DNA of 64,000 nt from the human T2T-CHM13v2.0 reference genome, Homo sapiens: assembly GCF_009914755.1 (NCBI RefSeq), contig NC_060927.1. One strand, 5' to 3'. Position numbers and translations under genes: made by a program. This document shows positions 63,738 to 64,000 of this stretch, one piece after another (the first letter of the stretch is position 1; each line of letters opens with the position of its first letter). The notes beneath the pieces were generated by a model. It had not been told where the DNA came from, searched no databases, and saw only the letters and a list, made by a program, of their open reading frames with translations.

Positions 63738-64000
63738 TTCTGCCCCTGGCCCCTCCCAAATCTCACATCCTCACATTTCAAAACCAATCATGCCTTCCCA
63801 ACAGTCCCCCAAAGTGTTAACTCATTTCAGCATTAACTCAAAAGTCCACAGTCCAAAGTCTCTTCTGAGACAACGCAAGTCCCTCTGCCTATGAACCTGT
63901 AAAATCAAAAGCAAGCTAGTTACTTCACAGATACAATAGGGGTATCAGTATTGGGTAAATATAGCCATTCCAACTGGGAGAAATTGACCAAAACAAAGGG
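63738..64000 (-). mobile_element. THE1 internal sequence with polypurine tract, runs off window
   Basis: - strand gggaggggccaggggcagaa PPT abuts LTR; THE1-int-like sequence follows. Confidence 0.88.

Overview
Human (primate) genomic DNA, recognisable from the encoded proteins as the tail-to-tail junction of two genes (3p14 by recollection). The + strand carries the last four coding exons and 3'UTR of SLC25A26, the mitochondrial S-adenosylmethionine carrier. The - strand carries exons 4-19 and the 3'UTR of LRIG1 (LRR x15, Ig x3, TM, cytoplasmic tail). All canonical exons were placed by GT-AG boundaries and join in frame. Residue numbers below assume the recalled 274-aa and 1093-aa reference proteins. 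The two 3' ends overlap around a compact bidirectional polyadenylation zone (~21370-21500). Introns hold many Alus, MIRs and old L1s, a near full-length Tigger1, a truncated HSMAR2, MER58A/MER5 and a THE1 LTR element. There is no CRISPR array, rRNA or tRNA, and no evidence of a wholly new gene. The most promising undescribed biology is in RNA processing: (1) inverted Alu pairs bracketing frame-symmetric LRIG1 exons, with exon 13 forming a stop-free circle with a strong Kozak AUG; (2) a 72-nt cassette exon that can double as a terminal exon for secreted LRR-only LRIG1; (3) an in-frame internal donor in exon 14 competing with a UG-repeat-flanked donor; (4) a cryptic SLC25A26 exon; (5) a sense-oriented THE1 LTR with a perfect DUX4 motif and splice donor. 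These are sequence-based hypotheses, not demonstrated transcripts.
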